Shown one piece after another: positions 1 through 9,731 of a stretch of DNA of 64,000 nucleotides. Location: contig OZ257156.1 of the NCBI GenBank assembly GCA_965279375.1, positions 896,001-960,000 on the forward strand, given 5' to 3'. The notes below the pieces were generated by a model, which did no database searches, was not told the DNA's origin, and saw only the letters and a list, made by a program, of their open reading frames with translations. Every line of letters starts with the position of its first letter. Position 1 is the stretch's first letter. Source of the DNA: Gemmatimonas sp. Its GTDB lineage: Bacteria; Gemmatimonadota; Gemmatimonadetes; Gemmatimonadales; Gemmatimonadaceae. Position numbers and translations under genes: made by a program.

Positions 1-1283
1 ACGCGATCTCGAGTGCGCACGCGCTGCTCTCCGCGCTGCTCGACAATCATCTGCATCACGGCAACGCGCTCGGTATCGACACGAAGCGCATCACATGGCC
101 ACGCACGATCGACATGAACGATCGCGCGTTGCGAAGCGCGGTGATTGCATTGGGCACAGGCAACGGTGCCACGCGTGAAGAGCGCTGGGTGATCATCCCG
201 GCCAGTGAAGTCATGGCGATTCTTTCGTTGGCCAGCGACGCGGCCGATCTCGAGCGCCGTCTTGGCGACATTCTCGTTGGTGCGACGGCCGGCGCGGGTC
301 GTACGCCGGTGCGTGCGCGCGATCTCAAGGCGACGGGTGCGATGTCGCTGCTGCTGAAAGACGCGCTACGCCCCAACCTCGTGCAGACGCTGGAAGGCGG
401 CCCCGCACTCATTCATTGCGGCCCGTTCGGCAACATTGCGCACGGTTGCAACAGTCTGGTGGCCACGCGCACGGCGCTGGCCTTGGGTGATGTCGTCGTG
501 ACGGAAGCCGGCTTCGGTTCCGACTTGGGCGCGGAGAAATTCTTCGATATCAAGTGTCGCGCGGGCGGACTCAATCCCGAAGCCGCGGTGTTGGTCGCCA
601 CGGTGCGCTCGCTCAAGATGCAGGGCGGCGCGCCAAAGTCGGCACTCGACAAGGAAGACCTGGGCGCGCTCGAGCGCGGGCTCGCGCATCTCGACCATCA
701 CATCGCCAACGTGCGGCAGTTTGGTGTGCCGGTGGTAGTAGCGATCAATCGTCGACTGAGCGATACGGACGCCGAACTGCAGATGGTCGCCGCGCAGGCC
801 GCGCGCACCAACACGCCCGTGGCGCTGTGCAACGTGTGGGCGGACGGCGGAGAGGGCGGCGAAGCACTCGCGCGCGAGGTGCTCGCACTGCTCGACGGCA
901 AAACGGCATCGTTCCGTCCACTCTACGACGCGTCGCTTCCCATTCGCGAGAAGATCAACACCATCGCGACCAAAGTGTACGGCGCCGACGGCGTGGACAT
1001 CGCACCAAGTGCCGCGCGCGCAATCGACTATCTGGAATCGATCGGCATGGGCAACACGCCGGTGTGCATGGCCAAGACACAGTACTCACTCAGCGACGAC
1101 GCAACGAAGCTGGGCACACCGCGCGGCTTCCGCATCTCCATCAACGAAGTGTACGGCTCGGCGGGCGCTGGCTTCGTGGTGGCCAAGGCGGGTGACATCA
1201 TGACGATGCCCGGCTTGGGCAAGGAGCCGGCTGCGGAAAAGATGCGCCTGCGGCCCGATGGCACGATCGAGGGGTTGTCGTAG
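1..1283 (+). CDS. fhs: Formate--tetrahydrofolate ligase, 5' end outside window
   Basis: Frame open from position 3 (AISSAHALLSALLDNHLHHGN...DMNDRALR); motifs PNLVQTLEG, HCGPFGNIAHGCNS, TEAGFGSDLGAEKF, MAKTQYSLS, IMTMPGL. Confidence 0.97.
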   Translation, partial: AISSAHALLSALLDNHLHHGNALGIDTKRITWPRTIDMNDRALRSAVIALGTGNGATREERWVIIPASEVMAILSLASDAADLERRLGDILVGATAGAGRTPVRARDLKATGAMSLLLKDALRPNLVQTLEGGPALIHCGPFGNIAHGCNSLVATRTALALGDVVVTEAGFGSDLGAEKFFDIKCRAGGLNPEAAVLVATVRSLKMQGGAPKSALDKEDLGALERGLAHLDHHIANVRQFGVPVVVAINRRLSDTDAELQMVAAQAARTNTPVALCNVWADGGEGGEALAREVLALLDGKTASFRPLYDASLPIREKINTIATKVYGADGVDIAPSAARAIDYLESIGMGNTPVCMAKTQYSLSDDATKLGTPRGFRISINEVYGSAGAGFVVAKAGDIMTMPGLGKEPAAEKMRLRPDGTIEGLS

Positions 1284-1343
1284 CGGCTGCTACAACCGCA
1301 ACGGTGGATTGAACTGCGGATATCAACTCAACGGTTACAGCGT

Positions 1344-1453
1344 GTCACGGATACGAACAGAATTGAAAACGGATGAACGGGGAGACTGCGGAATACCAAG
1401 CAGTTATCGCTGTATCCCTGTTATCTGATTTTGCTTCTGTTCTTATCCGTGAC
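1344..1453. repeat. Long imperfect inverted repeat (~110-nt hairpin) between convergent fhs and YigZ genes
   Basis: GTCACGGATACGAACAGAA (from 1344) pairs with TTCTGTTCTTATCCGTGAC (to 1453) with one mismatch; inner arms continue with G-T wobbles. Confidence 0.75.
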
Positions 1454-1513
1454 CAAAGAGTTGTAGTTATCCCTTGGTCTGACTAACGCGCGGATGCGGC
1501 CGAGCAGGCAGCT

Positions 1514-2134
1514 CTATGTGCGTTCGTCCACCACAATCCCCGCCTGCCCACGCGTCAAGTCCAGCAACGCTTGACGTAGCGCATCCACGCGCTCCAGTGG
1601 GCAACGCAACGCGAATTGCACGTCGGCGGCGTACGTCTCATCCAGTACGTCCACCTCGTGTACAGGCCACAGCAACTGACACGCCGTGATGTGCGAGTAG
1701 CTCACAGTCACCTGCAGCGTGGCGTATTCGCGGTACTCACCGCGTGGCATCTCCAGTAGCGCCTGTTGCACCGATTGACTGTATGCCTTCACCAGTCCAC
1801 CAGTCCCAAGCTTCACACCGCCAAACCAGCGCGACACCACGGCCACCACATCGCCAACGCCGCTGTGCAGCAGCACGGTGAGCATCGGTCGCCCCGCAGT
1901 GCCATGCGGTTCGCCGTCGTCGCTCATGCCGATGCGATCGGTGCTTCCCGGCGGGCCGATCACGAACGCCCAGCAGTGATGCGTCGCATCGGGGAACTCC
2001 GCGTTCAATGCATGGATGAACGCGTGCGCCTCGTCGGCGGAACTCGCTGGCGCGATCGTGCAGAGAAACCGGCTCCGGTCGATCACGATCTCTGCGCGAT
2101 GACGCGCACCCGGAATCGCGTATCGCGGGCTCAC
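1514..2134 (-). CDS. IMPACT/YigZ family protein
   Basis: Motifs SRF, DATHHCWAF, SDDGEPHGTAG, VSRWFGGVKLGTGGLVKAY; probable GTG start at 2134, just after the upstream gene's stop. Confidence 0.92.
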   Translation of the reverse strand: MSPRYAIPGARHRAEIVIDRSRFLCTIAPASSADEAHAFIHALNAEFPDATHHCWAFVIGPPGSTDRIGMSDDGEPHGTAGRPMLTVLLHSGVGDVVAVVSRWFGGVKLGTGGLVKAYSQSVQQALLEMPRGEYREYATLQVTVSYSHITACQLLWPVHEVDVLDETYAADVQFALRCPLERVDALRQALLDLTRGQAGIVVDERT

Positions 2135-2138
2135 GGCG

Positions 2139-2453
2139 TCACAGGTCGTCGTCTTCCCAGTGAAAGACGCGCAGCACGTGATGAAAGACCGGCGTGAGCA
2201 ACAACCCACCCGCAATCAGAAAGACGAGCCCCGAGTACAGTGCGAAGAACGACGCGAACAGCTTGCCGTCGGTACTGACCTTGGTCAGATCACCGACCGG
2301 CCCCATGCCACCGAGCAACATGGACGCGTTCAGGAACGCATCCACGGCGTGCTGATCGCAGAACTCCATGAAGCCGAGGGTGCCGAGCACCAGCGACCCG
2401 CACATGACCGCGAGCGTGTAGCCCAGGTGACGCAGCAGTCTGAAGGCGAACAT
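2139..2453 (-). CDS. Small two-TM membrane protein, ion-channel-pore-like
   Basis: MFAFRLL..., hydrophobic helix, DAFLNASMLLGGMGP re-entrant-like motif, then GKLFASFFALYSG helix. Confidence 0.7.
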   Translation of the reverse strand: MFAFRLLRHLGYTLAVMCGSLVLGTLGFMEFCDQHAVDAFLNASMLLGGMGPVGDLTKVSTDGKLFASFFALYSGLVFLIAGGLLLTPVFHHVLRVFHWEDDDL

Positions 2454-2484
2454 CCGCGGCGAGAGCGGCCGCGGACCTCGCCTT

Positions 2485-3927
2485 CTATCGACCACCACCG
2501 CTGCTCGGACGACCACCACCACTGCGGCCGCCGCTCGCACCGCCGCTCGCACCGCCGCCGCTCCGGCCACCACCTGACGGCTTCGCACCGCTTGGTCGTC
2601 CACCGCCGGCAGAGCGGCCACCACCGCCGCCGCCCGCGCGCGGCGGAGCACTCCGCGGTGCAGCACCTGCGCTCTCACGACGCGCGGCCTTGGCTGCGGA
2701 CCGTGCACGATCTTCCGCCTTCTTGCGCTTGATCTCCGCGATACGCTCGGCGAGCGGCACTTCCAGCTTGCCCGCCGGACGCGCCGCGTAGTCGAAGCCC
2801 GGCACCGTCACACGCGGCAGCTGACGACCAATCGCCTTCTCGATCTGCTTCAACTCGCCTTCTTCTTCCGGCGAGACGAAGGTGAACGCCTCACCCGTGC
2901 TTTCAGCGCGCGCCGTCCGACCCACGCGGTGGATGTAGTCTTCCGACGCCACCGGCACGTCGAAGTTGACCACGTGACCGAGTGCTTCGACGTCGATGCC
3001 GCGGGCAGCGATGTCCGTCGCCACGAGCACCTGATACGTGCCGTCCTTGAAGCCCGCCAACGCCAGCGTGCGCTGCGACTGCGAACGGTTGCCGTGAATG
3101 CGCTCCGCCTTGATGCCGTGCGTGACCAGCTGCGACGCGAGACGGTTGGCGCGATGCTTCGTGCGCGTGAACACCAGCGCCTGCGGCATGTCGCCACGCT
3201 TGAGCAGTTCGATCAGCAGCGCGCTCTTGAGATCCTGCGAGACGGGATAAATCGCCTGCGTGATCCCCACCGCCGGCGCCGCCTTGCGCTGCAGGTTGAG
3301 CGTGACCGGCTGCGACAGCATCTCCTTGGTCAGCGCGGCAATCGGCGCCGGCATCGTCGCGCTGAAGAACAGCGTCTGCCGCTTTCTCGCGGGCAGGTGA
3401 CGCAGGATCTTCTTGATCTCGGGGAGGAAACCCATGTCGAGCATGCGATCCGCTTCGTCGAGCACGAGATACTCGAGGTGATCGAGCTTCGCGTACGGCG
3501 AGCGGAAATGATCGAGCAGACGACCCGGCGTCGCGACCATCACGTCGACGCCCGTGCGGAACGCGTGCTCCTGCGGCCCCATCCCTACGCCACCAAATAT
3601 CGCAGCGCCCGTCAGCGGCGTGTGCACCGCGACGTCGTTGAGGCTTTCGAGGATCTGTGCGGCCAGTTCACGCGTGGGCGTCAGCACGAGCGCGCGCGTG
3701 ACACCGCGCGGCTTCTCGAGGAGCTGATGCATGATCGGCAACAGGAACGCGTACGTCTTGCCGCTGCCCGTCATCGCGCACGCCAGCACGTCGCGCCCTT
3801 CGAGGGCGGGCGGGATGGCCTCGCTCTGAATCGGCGTCGGACGAAGGAATCCGAGCTCCTTGAGGCCGCTTTGGAGGCTCGGATGCAGCTGCAGGCTGGT
3901 GAATGAGACGGGTGCGGTCAGGGTCAG
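2485..3927 (-). CDS. DEAD-box RNA helicase (RhlE-like) with Gly/Arg-rich tail; probable CTG start
   Basis: Q motif GFLRPTPIQ upstream of the first GTG; AMTGSGKT, PTRELA, DEAD, SAT, ARGID, HRVGRTAR. Confidence 0.93.
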   Translation of the reverse strand: MTLTAPVSFTSLQLHPSLQSGLKELGFLRPTPIQSEAIPPALEGRDVLACAMTGSGKTYAFLLPIMHQLLEKPRGVTRALVLTPTRELAAQILESLNDVAVHTPLTGAAIFGGVGMGPQEHAFRTGVDVMVATPGRLLDHFRSPYAKLDHLEYLVLDEADRMLDMGFLPEIKKILRHLPARKRQTLFFSATMPAPIAALTKEMLSQPVTLNLQRKAAPAVGITQAIYPVSQDLKSALLIELLKRGDMPQALVFTRTKHRANRLASQLVTHGIKAERIHGNRSQSQRTLALAGFKDGTYQVLVATDIAARGIDVEALGHVVNFDVPVASEDYIHRVGRTARAESTGEAFTFVSPEEEGELKQIEKAIGRQLPRVTVPGFDYAARPAGKLEVPLAERIAEIKRKKAEDRARSAAKAARRESAGAAPRSAPPRAGGGGGGRSAGGGRPSGAKPSGGGRSGGGASGGASGGRSGGGRPSSGGGR

Positions 3928-5744
3928 GTCCGGACAGGGGTGACAGTCGTGAAGTCTTCACCAGGGTTGATGAAGCGATCGCTTTCGAGATGGTACTGGC
4001 GGTCGTACAGGTCGCGGTAGCGTCCACTCAACGCCATCAGCTCGGCGTGAGTGCCCCGCTCGACGATCTGCCCATGTTCCAGCACCAGAATCTGGTCGGC
4101 CGAGGTGATCGTGGAGAGCCGGTGCGCGATCACGAACGTGGTGCGTCCAGCGCGCAGGCGGCGGAGCCCTTCCTGAATGAGCTGCTCGCTCTCGCTGTCG
4201 AGGCTGGAGGTCGCTTCGTCGAGAATGAGAATGCGCGGGTCGGCAAGAATTGCGCGCGCGATCGCCACGCGCTGCCGCTGTCCGCCGGAAAGCTTCACGC
4301 CGCGCTCGCCCACGATCGTGTCGTACTGCTGCGGGAAGCCCTGAATGAACTCGTCCGCATTCGCGATGAGCGAGACCTCACGAATCTGGTCGTCCGTGGC
4401 GCCAGGCTTGGTGAAGGAGATGTTCTCCTTGACCGTGCCATCGAACAAGAAGTTGTCCTGCATGACCACGCCCAAGTGACGGCGATACTCGTGCAGCTTG
4501 AGGTCGGAGAGCGGCTTCCCATCAATGAGAATGCGCCCCTGCTGCGGCTGCGCGAAGGCCATGATCAGCGAGATCATCGTGCTCTTGCCCGAGCCGCTCG
4601 AACCCACCAGCGCCGTCGTCGTGCCGGCCGGCGCGGTGAAGTTCACGCCCTTGAGCACGGGCACATCCTTCTCGTACTCGAAGACCACGTTCTCGAACTG
4701 CACGTCGCCGTTCACCACGGGGACGGTCTGACGTGACGCGTCTTCCTGATCTTCCGTCGCCATGTCGCGCAGTTCGCGAATGCGATCGAGCCCCGCAAAC
4801 GCTTCCGTCAGCTGCGTGCCGATGTTCGCGATCTGGATCAGCGGCAGCGTGACGAGTCCGATGAAAAACACGTACATGATCAGGTCGCCCAACGTCATCG
4901 TTCTGTTGAGCACCGCCTTGCCACCCACCGCCATCACCAGCACACCCACCATGCCAACGACAGCCGTGGACAGCGCCGTCGTCGCCGAGGTGCCCGTGAT
5001 GGTGGCCGCGATGTTCCTGAAGAGGCGATTGGTGCCGTCGGCGAAGACTTTCTGCTCGCGCGCTTCGGCCGTGTAGACCTTGATCAGACGAATGCCGCCG
5101 ATCGTTTCCGTGAGGCGCCCAGTCACGTCGGCGGTGATCACACTCCGCTCGCGGAAGATCGGGCGCAGCTTCTTGAACGCCGTCGCCATCCCGACGCCGA
5201 AGATCACGAGAAAGACCATCGTCGCGACGGTCAGCTGCCAGTTGAGCCAGAAGAGCACGCCCAGTCCGACAGTTGCGGTGAGCAGGCCACCCACCATCTG
5301 AATGAGACCGGTGCCGATCAGATTGCGAATGCCTTCCGGATCATTCATCACGCGGGCCACCAGCACGCCGCTCTTGGTGCTGTCGAAAAACCGCACCGGC
5401 AGGCGGATCAGGTGGGCTTGTACTTCACTGCGCAGATTGGCGATCGCTTGCTGCGCCGCGACGCTCACCACCTGCGAGAGCGAGTACGATGTGATCGACT
5501 GAATCAGCGTCGCCACACCCACCGCGATCACGATTGGCATGAGCAGCGAGAAGTCCTGCTTGGTGAGCACATTGTCGATCAGCCACTTGGAGCTGGCGGG
5601 CAGCACCAACCCGGCCGCACGGCTCAGCACCATGAGCGCCAATCCGATGGAGACGGAGCGACGGTGTGTCCAGATGAGCGCGCGAGCTTCCGCCCAGGCG
5701 CGCTTCGTGTCGTACTTGGGCTTCTTTGGGGGCGTAGGGACCAT
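3924..5744 (-). CDS. ABC exporter, fused TMD-NBD (MsbA/Sav1866-like)
   Basis: N-terminal TM helices; Walker A GSSGSGKS, signature LSGGQRQR, Walker B ILILDEATS, H-loop IAHRLST. Confidence 0.95.
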   Translation of the reverse strand: MVPTPPKKPKYDTKRAWAEARALIWTHRRSVSIGLALMVLSRAAGLVLPASSKWLIDNVLTKQDFSLLMPIVIAVGVATLIQSITSYSLSQVVSVAAQQAIANLRSEVQAHLIRLPVRFFDSTKSGVLVARVMNDPEGIRNLIGTGLIQMVGGLLTATVGLGVLFWLNWQLTVATMVFLVIFGVGMATAFKKLRPIFRERSVITADVTGRLTETIGGIRLIKVYTAEAREQKVFADGTNRLFRNIAATITGTSATTALSTAVVGMVGVLVMAVGGKAVLNRTMTLGDLIMYVFFIGLVTLPLIQIANIGTQLTEAFAGLDRIRELRDMATEDQEDASRQTVPVVNGDVQFENVVFEYEKDVPVLKGVNFTAPAGTTTALVGSSGSGKSTMISLIMAFAQPQQGRILIDGKPLSDLKLHEYRRHLGVVMQDNFLFDGTVKENISFTKPGATDDQIREVSLIANADEFIQGFPQQYDTIVGERGVKLSGGQRQRVAIARAILADPRILILDEATSSLDSESEQLIQEGLRRLRAGRTTFVIAHRLSTITSADQILVLEHGQIVERGTHAELMALSGRYRDLYDRQYHLESDRFINPGEDFTTVTPVRT

Positions 5745-5821
5745 GTCGGAACTTACCACCTTTGAGTGGTCGCGTGTCGGACCAGCTCGCCCGACACGTT
5801 TACGCCACCGCTATGTCACTG

Positions 5822-6808
5822 CTATGCCGACGCCGCGACCAGCGCTTCGATCCTCTTGCGCATCGCTTCGTCGGGGAGCGCGCCGCGCGCCGCGCCCTGA
5901 TTGTCCTGCAGATACGCCATCGTGGCGGTACCGGGAATGACACAGGTCACCGCCGGGTTGGACAGGATGTACTTGAGGAAGACCTGTGCCCACGTCGTGG
6001 CCTCGAACTCCTTGGTCCACTCGGGCACCGGCTTCCCCAGCACGTTCTGAAAGACGCGACTGCGCCCGAAGGGCAGGTTGATCAGCACGCCGATCCCCTT
6101 GTCCCGGGCCAGCGGCAGGATGCGATCGGCCGCTTCTCGATTATCCACGGCGTAGTCCACCTGGATGAAGTCCAGCGTCTCCTTCTGCATCAGCTGCTCG
6201 AGTGCGGCATACTGCCGCTCGCTCGACGTCGTCACGCCGATGTATCGAATCTTCTTCGCCTGTTTCATGTCGCGCAGCACGGGCAACAGCGTCTCGGTGC
6301 CGCCGAGGTTCCACACCTGCATGAGATCCACGCGATTGGTCTTGAGCCGCGCGAACGACTCCTCCATCTGCTTGATCCCTTCGGCCGCGTCCGTTCCGCG
6401 CACCGACACCTTGGTCGCCAGGAAGAGCTTGTCCCTGTTCCCCGCCTTGGCCACCAGTTCGCCCACCACACCCTCGGCGGCCCCATAACTGGGCGCCGTA
6501 TCGATCAGCTTTCCGCCCAGCTCCGGCAGCTTTCGCAACACATCGAGCAGCGGTGCCTTGGCCTCTTCTGTGGTCACGTCGTAGCGCCGTGCCGTGCCGA
6601 TCCCGATCGCGGGGAGCTTTTCGCCGCTGCTTGGGATGGTGCGCAGAATGAGCGGTCCAGACTGTGCGGTCAGACGAGACAGTGGAAGCAGCGGTGTCAG
6701 AGCGAGCCCGAGTCCTGCGCCAATGCCGAGCTGCAGCGCATCGCGCCGTGTCACGGTGCGGTGGAGCAGACTGCTGTGTGCCGGAGAGGAGGTCCGAGGG
6801 TCTGTCAC
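5822..6808 (-). CDS. Aldo/keto reductase with twin-arginine-like leader
   Basis: TRRDALQLGIGAG leader; IGIGT, IDTAPSYG, FLATKV, DLMQVWN, IRYIGVT, VIPGT; probable GTG start at 6808. Confidence 0.88.
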   Translation of the reverse strand: MTDPRTSSPAHSSLLHRTVTRRDALQLGIGAGLGLALTPLLPLSRLTAQSGPLILRTIPSSGEKLPAIGIGTARRYDVTTEEAKAPLLDVLRKLPELGGKLIDTAPSYGAAEGVVGELVAKAGNRDKLFLATKVSVRGTDAAEGIKQMEESFARLKTNRVDLMQVWNLGGTETLLPVLRDMKQAKKIRYIGVTTSSERQYAALEQLMQKETLDFIQVDYAVDNREAADRILPLARDKGIGVLINLPFGRSRVFQNVLGKPVPEWTKEFEATTWAQVFLKYILSNPAVTCVIPGTATMAYLQDNQGAARGALPDEAMRKRIEALVAASA

Positions 6809-6995
6809 GGTAGTGGCCCGCTGTCTTGGGTAGAGATTCGCGCGCGAACTCGCGCATTCACCACGAACGCGTGCAAAATACGCGCGACCTGCGCCGAGCG
6901 TTCCGTCTGGGACGCGCGTATCTTTCCAAGGCTGGTCCCCGCTCTCTCCGCGCCGCAGTAGTGGCGCGCGCCCCTCCGCTCGAATCCCCACGGGA

Positions 6996-7964
6996 ATGCA
7001 CATCCCCGATGCAGACTTGCTCGCCAAGGTCGAAGTGCTGGCCGACCTCGAGCCCGATGTCAACGAACTGATGGAAGCGCACGAAGCCAAGCGCATCCTG
7101 TGGTTCCCGAGCGAAGTGCTCGCCCCCGCCCCCGACACCGACCCCGATGAGCATGTTCGCGCTCTTCGCGAACGTGCCAAGGGGATCAGTCTCCCGGGTC
7201 GCGTCTCGCTCGCGCTCAATCTCCTGACGGAAGAAGGACTCCCGCACTTCCATCGCCTGCTCGCCGTGTACTTGGGCAACGAGTCGTTCTGGTCGCGCTG
7301 GACCAATCTCTGGACCGCCGAGGAAGACCGCCACGGCGCGATCCTGCACGACTACATGCACGACAGCCGCATCCTCGACAATCCGATCCTCGAGCGGATG
7401 CAGTTCGAATATCTCAAGGCGGGTTTTGCGCCGGCGTGGGATCGCGACCCGTATCGCGTGTTCGTCTACACCTCGCTGCAGGAGCGCGCCACGCAGGTCA
7501 GCCACGCCAACACCGGCAAGCTGGCCAGCGAGTACGAACCGCTCATCGGCGAAGTGCTCTCGAACGTGGCCAAGGAAGAAGCGCGGCACTACGTCTTCTA
7601 TCGCGAGATTTTCCAGCGCTGCCTCGTGCGCGATCCCAACAACGCACTCGCTTCCGCGGCGCTGATCATGCCGTCGATCGACATGCCCGGCCTCAACATG
7701 CCGCACTTCCGCGAGATGGCCGACGTGGTCCGTCGCGCCGGCATCTACGGGCCTCGTGACTATCTCAAGATTGTCGAAGATCTCATCAAGTTCTGGGCGA
7801 TCGAAAAGCTCGACGGCTTGAACGAGATGGGCCGCAAGGCGCAGGAAAAGATCTGCGCGATTCCCGCGCGCCTCGAGCGCGTCGCCGACATGATGGAGAC
7901 GCGCAGTCGCGCAAAGACCTTCTCGTTTGCCGTGACTTTCCAGCGCGAATTCGCGATGGACTGA
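6996..7964 (+). CDS. Soluble acyl-ACP desaturase (di-iron, DesA type)
   Basis: NLLTEEGLP, WTAEEDRHG, YTSLQERAT, EEARHY di-iron motifs. Confidence 0.93.
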   Translation: MHIPDADLLAKVEVLADLEPDVNELMEAHEAKRILWFPSEVLAPAPDTDPDEHVRALRERAKGISLPGRVSLALNLLTEEGLPHFHRLLAVYLGNESFWSRWTNLWTAEEDRHGAILHDYMHDSRILDNPILERMQFEYLKAGFAPAWDRDPYRVFVYTSLQERATQVSHANTGKLASEYEPLIGEVLSNVAKEEARHYVFYREIFQRCLVRDPNNALASAALIMPSIDMPGLNMPHFREMADVVRRAGIYGPRDYLKIVEDLIKFWAIEKLDGLNEMGRKAQEKICAIPARLERVADMMETRSRAKTFSFAVTFQREFAMD

Positions 7965-7992
7965 GTGGGGCCGGTGCAGCGGGTGGCGTCTG

Positions 7993-8048
7993 TCGTCACC
8001 CGCTGATCGTCACCCGCTGATCGTCACTCGCTGATCGTCACTCGCTGG
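7993..8048 (+). repeat. Four tandem 14-bp repeats, TCGTCAC(C/T)CGCTG(A/G)
   Basis: Units read directly at 7993, 8007, 8021 and 8035; no spacers. Confidence 0.95.
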
Positions 8049-8174
8049 CAATCACCTGTTCGTCGTCGCGATCGCCGCCGGGCAGGATCCACCCCGATGG
8101 GCGACGCTGAACGCGCATTGCAGCGGCAGGATCTCGCGCGCGACACCAATGCTGCCGCGATTGGCGGCAGCAAC

Positions 8175-8920
8175 TCAAGGCTGGTTGGACGGCTCGACAG
8201 GCGAGCAATCGCCGTACCGCGCCAGATAGTGCCAGACCTTCTTGAGGTCCTGCGGGTGATGACGTTCCGTGCGCACTGCCATTTCAAGGATGTCTGGCGT
8301 GAGCCATCCATCGACCGCAATCGACCGTCCCAGCGCCACGTACTCTGGCCCACGATAACTTGGATGCTGCGCCATCTCGTCGACGTGGAGGCGAAAGCCC
8401 GAGTGCCATTCAAGCTCGCATGGGAGTTGAAGCGCGAGTGCCTCGACCTCGGTATCGCGGAAGCACGGATCGAGGACGAGCGCCTCCACGTCGATCGCAA
8501 AGCGAAGAGGGCCATGCACGTGCGCTTCGATGTAGTCGTCGAGGCGGTCCCGCTGATCCGCGACGGCGAGTTCCATGAGACTCGTTCGCGAAGCCGTACC
8601 GAACGCGGACGGGTCGAAGCAGGAATCGGGAAAGCAAAAAGTGCAGCGCGGCGCGATCTCAGGCCGCAGCCGCAGATGCGCGGAGCCGAAGCGCGGGGCC
8701 GCTCCAGTCGCGCGGCGAGCGTAGTTGAGCGCGCCGACCTTCGGGCGCTCAGTGGCGGGGGCGGCGTCGTACGCGCCGCCGAAGAGACGAGTCTCCCAGT
8801 GCCATCGCTCGCCCCCCGGGTGTGCTGAGAGGCTTCCGTTGCGTTCTGCTGCAGGGCACTTCGACAAATTGCGACCGGCGATCGGAGCGATTCGCGGAGC
8901 GATTCACGGGCCGCCATCCG
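8175..8920 (-). pseudogene. DUF3626-like gene with degraded or frameshifted 5' end
   Basis: HPGGERWHWETRLFGGAYD, ERPKVGALN, PRFGSAHLRL, DDYIEAHVHG resemble DUF3626. The expected upstream RSQF motif is in a different frame (RRSQFVE) and there is no good start codon. Confidence 0.55.
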
Positions 8921-9085
8921 GACAGGCGCTGTCTACCGCAACGCAAGGATAGTCGCCAGTGACATGAGCCGCCTTGGTCACTGGCTGCCATGCTGACGGG
9001 TGGGCACGAGACACAGATTCCGCCCGTGCGGCCCGACCGACCATCAGAGTGTATTCCTGCAGCTCGGCGGGTGCCGGTGCGGCCG

Positions 9086-9538
9086 TTACGTGTCGTCGTC
9101 GCCAAACGTAAAGAACGTCACGGGCGTGGGCACGCCGCCGATGGCCCGATAGAAGTCGAGCGCGTGCGTGTCTTCGTTGTCGGCGGGGACGAACGCGATC
9201 GAGATGCCCGCCTTTGCGGCCTCGGCGCAGAGTGTCGTGACGAGCCTTCGACCGACCCCGTGGCGTTGCCAGGCCGGCACTACCGCCAGATCGTAGATGA
9301 AGAGTTCGGAAACTTCCGCACGCGTGAGCGGCAGCGTGTGGGCGGTCAGTCCACCGGCCAGCTGGCCGTCGACACTGGCGTGGAGCGCCCAGAAATCGGG
9401 GCGCTGGAGCAACTGCAGGAGATAGGCATCGCTGAGTGGATCGGCCTCGGTCTCGAACACGTCGGCCATCGTCGCGAACAGCTGGCGCGCGCGCGCCACG
9501 TCGGCGACCGTGAGTCGTGTTACCTGAATGTCCGCCAT
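9086..9538 (-). CDS. GNAT acetyltransferase, AAC(3)-I-like, in a gene cassette
   Basis: ELFIYDLAV...QRHGVGRRL, FVPADNED...ALDFY parallel AAC(3)-I motifs; follows GTTAGGT core site; TAA stop lies within an R''-like AAC. Confidence 0.8.
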   Translation of the reverse strand: MADIQVTRLTVADVARARQLFATMADVFETEADPLSDAYLLQLLQRPDFWALHASVDGQLAGGLTAHTLPLTRAEVSELFIYDLAVVPAWQRHGVGRRLVTTLCAEAAKAGISIAFVPADNEDTHALDFYRAIGGVPTPVTFFTFGDDDT

Positions 9539-9575
9539 CGCGCCTCTCGCCTCCGTCATAGAAGTCGTGCACGCC

Positions 9576-9667
9576 ACCTAACGCTGGCTTCTGCTGCGAG
9601 CGGAGCGCGTGATGCCGTGCGCCACGCTGTTGGTTGGTCCGCTCGTCAGCAGCAATCATCGTTCGAA
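9576..9667 (-). mobile_element. Integron attC site (non-canonical R'')
   Basis: Minus strand: TTCGAAC-GATGA-TTgCTGCTGaCGAGCGGA...TCCGCTCGCAGCAGAA-GCCAGC-GTTAGGT; two extrahelical bases, 5/6-nt spacers. Confidence 0.82.
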
Positions 9668-9731
9668 CCCGTGTAGGTGCTGGCGAATCGTGCGAACGGG
9701 CCGCCGCTGTTCAAGCTCCCTCAACTCTGCG

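Noticed and set aside
7993..8048. Possible CRISPR array
   Set aside because: 14-bp head-to-tail repeats without spacers; no cas genes in the window.
8097..8828. 243-aa plus-strand ORF
   Set aside because: Antisense to the DUF3626-like frame, which carries the recognisable motifs.
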